This document shows positions 35,101 to 38,059 of a stretch of 38,059 nt of DNA, in pieces. The notes under the pieces are model-generated. The model ran no database searches and was not told where the DNA came from. It worked only from the letters and a program-made list of their open reading frames with translations. Within the stretch, counting starts at the first letter, position 1, and the number at the start of each line of letters is the position of its first letter. The translations under genes and the position numbers were made by a program. This DNA is from a virus (lineage: Duplodnaviria; Caudoviricetes), in IMG/VR virus record IMGVR_UViG_3300025653_000098, positions 1 through 38,059 of that record. One strand, written 5' to 3'.

Positions 35101-38059
35101 TATGAGCTTGATTCCTTAAGAGCTAAAGAGATTGCAGACAGAATAAATGAACTAATAGACCCTACTAAAACGTTAAATACAAACCTCGCAAAGCTTGAAA
35201 AAGATAAAAAGATAACCAAGGAAGAGAGAGAGCTTATTACTAGGTTTAAGTCTTTGTTGGATGAGTCATCAGTTGAAGACCCTATGGATGGGTACACCAA
35301 GGAAGACACTAAATTGGTATCAAAGGTGATGCGTGATAATAAGAAGCGAGAGGGTATAGAACAAGATTTTATAGCAATACTAAATCAAATACAGTCAGCG
35401 TTTTATAGTAACTATGACGATGGTGCTTTTAAACTATCGGAACTAGAAAGAAGGTATGTTCGAGAAGCAAGCTCCATAACCCTAGAGGACATACAAGGGC
35501 TTAGTTTAAGAGACGCCGAGTCAATTGTTAGGGCTTTAGAGGCTATGAAGGCTGGGTTCTTAACACCTGAGTTATTTCAAGGTATTATAAAGGTTCGTGG
35601 GGTTAGGGGGAACATGTCTATCCCATTGACCGAAATAAAACAGACTGGAGTCGTAGATAAAGCAATTAGCAAGGCTGCCGCAGGAATTATTAATTTACTA
35701 AACTCTTCAAGTAGAAAAGCCAAGAAAACGGGTATAGGTGATAGACTTCGTTCTGCCCCAACAAAAAACTATGACCAAATATTAAAGGCTGAGAAAGAAT
35801 TATTCTCAGATGGTTCAAAAAGATTTAAATCAACTAATATTTACAAGTCTTTGTTTAGACCAACCTCTATGGCGTTTTCCGCATCAGAACAAACCCTTAA
35901 AAGAATTGAGGACAAGCTTAAAAACGCCACAGCACTTTTGTCAAGAAATCAAAACAAAAGATTTATACAGAAGGCTAAGATAATGGTGTTCCAGATTCAA
36001 AGGGAATACGATAGCAACTTAGGGAACAAGGAGGTTAATCAAGCTAAGGATTGGATTAACGCAACTATCAAAGATAAAGACACGGAATATAATGAATATG
36101 AAATCAAGGAACTAGAGAAGATAAGGGATGGGTATCTCACTGAGGGGCAAGTAGACGCTAAGAAGCTATACGATAGCCTTACTGCAAACGAAAAGAAGCA
36201 TCTTCAAATGATAGATGAAGTGTATGAACAATTAACCTCTATGGCTAGAATGGATGCCGCTGTACAGGGTATGCCGTTTATACATCGGGAAAATTATATT
36301 CACTTACCTAAATCGGGAACAGCAACAACTGAAATATCTAACGATTTTGAAGGCCTCTTTGATTCGTTCATGAACGCCTCTGTAAAGAATAAAGCTGCAA
36401 TACAGCGTACTGGTAAAACTCACTCAATATCTTTCGACCCTGTAAGTAATGCATACGCAGCGGCAAGAAAGATTTCTGTTGGCTACCATATGTACCCAGT
36501 TATAAAATCCACCAGAGTGGCTTTTTCTGGACTAAAAAGCAGAGCAGAAACAAATTTTCAAAAAGATTTGGTTAATGAGTTAGAGTCAATATATGACACT
36601 ATTATAAACAGCCAGTACAAGATTGTGACAAAGAAAAAAGGGTTTGGTGATAATGTTGTTAATTACCTAACTAGGGCTGGATACTACTCTCAATTAAGTG
36701 GTTTAGTAAAGGCTGCCTCTGAGCTTGGTACAAACACGATACACGCTGTAATGAATCACGCTGGTAGCCTTGTTGACGGGTACGGCATACTTGTTGGTGT
36801 AGACGCCAAAACTATAGAAAAGGCTATTGAGAACACCAACACCACTCAGACGGATAGGTTGACTAAAACGGCTAAATTTGACAATAAGGACATGGAGGGT
36901 AAGCTGCTATCAAAAGCAAAGCTTTTCAACCCTGAGCAAATGACTGAAGAACTTGCCGCATCTGCAAAAACAGTTGGTAAGGTTATTGCGATGCCATTTC
37001 GAGCTGTGTTCAAACTCAATGAGTCACTTATAACCAAACCCGATGAGATGGTTATTAGACCTCTATTTGTTGGTGAGTTTCAGAACAGGTTTAAACAACT
37101 TACAGGTCAAAAATTAAACTGGGAAAAACTAGCTAACGATGAGTCATATAGAGATAGGTTTCAAGAAGCTATAAACCAAGCCTCTGAACAAGCAGACGCT
37201 GCGATTATAGATACATCGGCATCCACAAATCCATTTGACACAATACCAAGCAATATATCTGATCCAGACGTAAGTGCAATAATAAGAGCAGGACAGGTAG
37301 TAAATAGGTACATGACAAACTTTAGAGTTTTTGAATACTACTCAGCAGTAAAGGGTGTGCAAAACTTATTGGGCAAGGGAGAGATTTCTAGAGGTGCTGG
37401 CGCAATGCTTTTAGCGTCCACAATAATGCGTATGTCAATTTACAGACTAGGTATAGACTATGCCTTCGGATTGATTTTCTCTGCGCTTGGCATGGGCGAA
37501 GATGAAGACGAGATTAAGAAAGAAGACTTAACGAGAAGTGTGCTATCAGGTATAGTTACATTAGCGTTTGGTAGAAATTTAGGTAACATCAGTCAAACGG
37601 TTGTTAACTTGGGTATAGAGTACGCTAACATGGAGTTTGGAGAGGGTATAACTTGGGACTCAGTGACAAAAGATGGTGAGAAAACTGAGTATGACCCATA
37701 CAAAGACAGTATGGTTTTTTCTAAAATACCTGTAAAACGAAGTCCTGGAAGAGATTTGTTTACAGATTTTCTTATTAGTTCTGCAGGCCCGCTAACCCCA
37801 ACAATTAAATCAGTGAGGAGAGCAATCACACTAACTGACAGATCTATTAATAATAGCAGAAAAGAGTCTAGAGATAAAAATAAGAATGAATTGTTTTTCA
37901 AAACACCGTTTGATATTGCCGGTTCTATTGGGCTTATACCAAACTACAAAGACCTTAAAAAGTTAAACGATAGATACTGGTTTGGTGATTCCAGTAAAAA
38001 ATCTAAAAATAAAAGCTATGTGCCGTTTGAAGAACAAGATGTTTTTGAACCCCCACTTT
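29113..38059 (+). CDS. Giant polyvalent internal virion protein (at least 2982 aa, 3' truncated by the window)
   Basis: Manual translation from ATG 29113 (MNEEVLRKLY...) finds no stop to the window end. It contains G/A hydrophobic stretches, EEGGSE, HEFLH, and sigma-2-like, SAM-lyase-like and ART-like segments. Confidence 0.9.
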   Translation, partial: MNEEVLRKLYNNGSQYFSLPDFETFKTDMQDENKLTKFRESMSEYFSIPDIETFKSDIGFNPGKQEGVQTVAATAAPVTPEEPQQPTTFQQPSPLLEQELPIGVASLGQIKSQEAPKEEVKDQKVDPIVKSYADKIKSISEAGLTQEQLNEIERQIEEPKLTSKLVKSFGDFKTVTEEKYAYEDYLDEAKKLYADQEDVNISAVTDDQAIPVAKDLLRSELKNQITNEQRKQVLDDFEDEYSEGFVDNLKKTGFGIARLTNFGLMATAGEIGLKKVIESDVLPEGISEEYVTPVKDFFASVNEALTSKEDLEYEQGRKELKELIAQASEDKKTLAENKRKDIDVDVLAFDDNVEKAEELKKQINVIDNKFKLGEKLSEEEINAYNSTVQEFNGLAKDINYLGNKINKQAEELNDINVSSSDLEKAVEQAGKSYNALDVTVSRVVGSGLQLTSGVVNLFDDFLSITPTGVMINAISDELDLPSITSSVLNDTEKTSLIESFADKLKEIDKEEFTGKVRETQDYRTAFKSGDNFLDFALDVVSGQSINTAITAATGGVGLAILGGAAYGNKVDELEDRIQGKGDYALKGPEDIPLWKYYTTGLIVGGAEAGSEYVGLRQVRALNKSIGIVAKASPGNRAWYDLSTKKWSRKFAENVVQNAWQPIEEGGSEAIAQIAQNAADVYILGDDKNILEGVDEAFITGATFSGLAMSAPKTFVDASVAFRSSDVDIQINKRTKKLGELALRKQEINNKENKTQEDLDLLKEITAEQEILIQENYNEVKNVVTLLDELNFGQKQALIKNETKRASLIRKAKDISESKDLTKDQKESQIKELETQFKDLKNKRDLMLSRYNFDRQSQISHLYNTVRANETGKEIKIIDAENIEDAEVQFNSALDQAFIDDIITQEQYYKSKKEFAELKKELKKGNVSVSGQAINADNNFPFVLTLRNEAVDPNNGDSFVHGHEFLHASFFNKIRALGGDVVKISDLLYNHYKNNYITDKKQLRQFENDYKKLKRKGTKESESLWHEERIIAITKMIALAERSGKLDKSFLAKIKSAYNGLFTNPVEKTEAGKLKSGEDVFNMFLTYGTRFMSGDVKELVKLEKGLDIDASLTGEKIEVGSRFSRKELGDSIKALVPEGTTKAEYDSEVIGTVYLDLILGNKLHPLINKNLARFGVPKEQVTDEFYEDVKSQLFERSLQRFNPEKNDDLGGFVIDELQRFAIPDIVNQYKSQGRFQTTEQVEAVPTEGRVRPMQIAEETTTEDVVERAEEQEFKVQDKTFREKLGIEKGSDLYNSVIDSVRRTFGTKLPPVTNKKFRRTLIDRFRRELMKPVKDFIGKGEKYKDFVFNNSELILQKIPTRELVRLERREENKIFAEIVSENSSPKQVDDAVSKGLYLLPGASRDSSPTIYRKIETTPEQLWNFLTGNSNDINSARKTALSERLAQELALDATMMVLKDPEFNLIAKVEEVSVMMGEPFPKNYDAELGATIERDPSDTRFSKRDKSWEDSAKSSLPNSGIKDVDAFINKIKRGKWGMLTGENPDSIQATNEENISYNKKAVDWFNEKNEQRAKYKLPEYKLIPIFGKYGSPENSFFVEGLERDDAAEFARDLKQESVATNEGLVYKDGTINLIKKGLEKFNTKADDYYSVINIDGSNLEFQIEYDLDNLSLSLPTDVQNKLIDDGDGNYEFYHYSFERRDVLKPSSGDMARSLTSREEANALSSVGGAVMFYTDRDTKEPGVGDELHVVKIKKEKVYHFQSDVAGFYEKAKKLFNEKRPGQAFSPNYQAAWISKVMKDAGYEMLVTNWNRGRLRAQTNIEVTPESGVTRFSKKEKVDSKSKESIKKLINKVSRLTDNDKAREIVAKELRQLLKDSELSLFSKRTINKVITSLKNTNVSNMQKMLDKVDDAISNDEGRVERIKRYKDRSRAIKRIAKIGQLKELQESFVRVMGIDPKYLSKKTQKEYDSILSDILNINKKYDKTSRDAFKAKIDLVLDSYELDSLRAKEIADRINELIDPTKTLNTNLAKLEKDKKITKEERELITRFKSLLDESSVEDPMDGYTKEDTKLVSKVMRDNKKREGIEQDFIAILNQIQSAFYSNYDDGAFKLSELERRYVREASSITLEDIQGLSLRDAESIVRALEAMKAGFLTPELFQGIIKVRGVRGNMSIPLTEIKQTGVVDKAISKAAAGIINLLNSSSRKAKKTGIGDRLRSAPTKNYDQILKAEKELFSDGSKRFKSTNIYKSLFRPTSMAFSASEQTLKRIEDKLKNATALLSRNQNKRFIQKAKIMVFQIQREYDSNLGNKEVNQAKDWINATIKDKDTEYNEYEIKELEKIRDGYLTEGQVDAKKLYDSLTANEKKHLQMIDEVYEQLTSMARMDAAVQGMPFIHRENYIHLPKSGTATTEISNDFEGLFDSFMNASVKNKAAIQRTGKTHSISFDPVSNAYAAARKISVGYHMYPVIKSTRVAFSGLKSRAETNFQKDLVNELESIYDTIINSQYKIVTKKKGFGDNVVNYLTRAGYYSQLSGLVKAASELGTNTIHAVMNHAGSLVDGYGILVGVDAKTIEKAIENTNTTQTDRLTKTAKFDNKDMEGKLLSKAKLFNPEQMTEELAASAKTVGKVIAMPFRAVFKLNESLITKPDEMVIRPLFVGEFQNRFKQLTGQKLNWEKLANDESYRDRFQEAINQASEQADAAIIDTSASTNPFDTIPSNISDPDVSAIIRAGQVVNRYMTNFRVFEYYSAVKGVQNLLGKGEISRGAGAMLLASTIMRMSIYRLGIDYAFGLIFSALGMGEDEDEIKKEDLTRSVLSGIVTLAFGRNLGNISQTVVNLGIEYANMEFGEGITWDSVTKDGEKTEYDPYKDSMVFSKIPVKRSPGRDLFTDFLISSAGPLTPTIKSVRRAITLTDRSINNSRKESRDKNKNELFFKTPFDIAGSIGLIPNYKDLKKLNDRYWFGDSSKKSKNKSYVPFEEQDVFEPPL
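29298..29372 (+). other. Candidate -1 programmed ribosomal frameshift signal
   Basis: In-phase G GGA AAG (29298-29304), then stem AGGTGTC/GGCGCCT (29310-16/29337-43). Loop GGCTGC is complementary to GCAGCC at 29364-69. Confidence 0.5.

Noticed and set aside
839-37901. Many short ORF-track entries antisense to, or out of frame within, long genes
   Set aside because: They are shadows of the coding strand (S/L/F/I-rich) fully nested in well-supported genes, including all those in 30900-37901 opposite the giant ORF.

Overview
AT-rich dsDNA phage genome segment that looks like a crAss-like (Crassvirales-related) podovirus of a Flavobacteria/Bacteroidota host. The host call rests on A/U-rich leaders without Shine-Dalgarno sites and two TAnnTTTG -7 promoter boxes. 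Two small leftward genes and a divergent intergenic region, bracketed by two copies of a 57-bp palindromic element, precede one long rightward morphogenesis region. That region holds small proteins, phage groEL-groES, two paralogous fibre-like proteins flanking a tandem-LamG gene, a second tandem GroES-like protein, terS/terL, portal, scaffold, major capsid protein, ring proteins, a tail stabilisation/muzzle module split over three ORFs, a cupin and two ejection-type proteins. The main highlight is a giant ORF missing from the ORF track: 29113 to the window end, at least 2982 codons with no stop by my manual translation. It reads as an injected polyvalent protein carrying an HEFLH zincin peptidase, a sigma70 region-2-like segment, a T3 SAM-lyase/DUF3293-like domain and an ADP-ribosyltransferase-like domain. 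Repeated RFS[KR][KR] linkers separate these domains, and an in-phase G-GGA-AAG slippery site with a possible pseudoknot lies near the 5' end. All domain calls come from motif recognition by eye; no database searches were run.
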